Below are positions 63,381 through 64,000 of a stretch of 64,000 nucleotides of DNA, one piece after another. Both the position numbers and the translations under genes were made by a program. A model generated the notes under the pieces. The model was not told where the DNA came from and did not search any database. It saw only the letters and a list, made by a program, of their open reading frames with translations. Source of the stretch: an uncultured Poribacteria bacterium. GTDB lineage: Bacteria; Poribacteria; WGA-4E; WGA-3G. Location: NCBI GenBank assembly GCA_951813565.1, contig OX638351.1, positions 2,432,001 through 2,496,000 of the forward strand, given 5' to 3'. The stretch's first letter is position 1. Each line of letters begins with the position of its first letter.

Positions 63381-63431
63381 TTATTTTATTATAAACCTTT
63401 TTGTACACTCGTGGATTATCATTGTGAAAGC

Positions 63432-64000
63432 CTAAAATGAATATAAAGCTGTTAAGGAGACAAGCGGACCAAATTCAAACGCATCGCTTTCTTCATATTT
63501 ACCATCAACAAACGCGTCACTATCATCATATAGTGTTTTTTGATGCAATGGTAACAAAAACGAAAGTGATAATGGGACATTGAATGGGGTTTTAATAGAT
63601 GTGCCGAGCGATGCCATGCCAAAAAGAAGTCCAGTATTTTTGTCTATTTCTCCATCCCAATGCGCAAAAGATTGATATATCCCAAGGTAACCTGATCGGA
63701 AAGAAAACCATTTATTCAGGCGATAGTTCAATCCTGCTGAATATGTAAGTTCATTTGAACCACGATATGTTTTGCTGTTCTCGTAGAAAGGTAATTTTGC
63801 GCGGACACTGGTATGAGATGCTAACCCCTTATAGATAGGCAGATTATAGTGTAGGTCTAAGATAGGGTTGAAAGTTCCAGTCCCAAATTGGATATGTAGA
63901 TGCTCCTCTCCCTTCTCTCCGAGTTTCCACGGGTCATCCTCAGTTTTTCCAAATGGAATCGACGTTCCGATATGCCCCATAAAATAATCACCCTCTGCCA
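63432..64000 (-). CDS. Partial outer-membrane beta-barrel-like protein (C-terminal part; runs off the window)
   Basis: P.GKTE..P, QFGTGTF, alternating beta strands, terminal YSF. Confidence 0.55.
   Translation of the reverse strand, partial: AEGDYFMGHIGTSIPFGKTEDDPWKLGEKGEEHLHIQFGTGTFNPILDLHYNLPIYKGLASHTSVRAKLPFYENSKTYRGSNELTYSAGLNYRLNKWFSFRSGYLGIYQSFAHWDGEIDKNTGLLFGMASLGTSIKTPFNVPLSLSFLLPLHQKTLYDDSDAFVDGKYEESDAFEFGPLVSLTALYSF

Noticed and set aside
1..64000. tRNA/rRNA genes, prophage genes, reverse transcriptase, TnpA/RAYT
   Set aside because: None recognised by eye or in the ORF track; a tRNAscan/Infernal/HMM search would be needed to exclude them formally

Overview
This is a ~43% GC (estimated by eye) bacterial chromosomal window. 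Gene content (four PhyH dioxygenases, sulfatases, PQQ-like beta-propellers, a dockerin-type protein, DUF6785-like membrane proteins, an ECF sigma remnant) resembles Candidatus Poribacteria; that assignment is inference only. Metabolic and housekeeping genes (hslVU, ctpA-like S41 protease, lipid A acyltransferase, yitJ-like, two M16C peptidases) are interleaved with many mobile elements: an intact IS1341-type tnpB element, three IS630, two IS5/IS427-like, one IS982-like, several MITE families and GTAG-type REPs. Defence content includes an AAA+TOPRIM PARIS/OLD-like gene, a RelE/HigA toxin-antitoxin pair, and type IIG and type ISP restriction-modification fragments. The most striking unexplained signal is a family of ~34-35 bp units, AATCAAC followed by a covarying ATGC/GCAT hairpin. 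They insert without target duplication into REP palindromes and recursively into one another, and both empty and filled sites are visible in this window.
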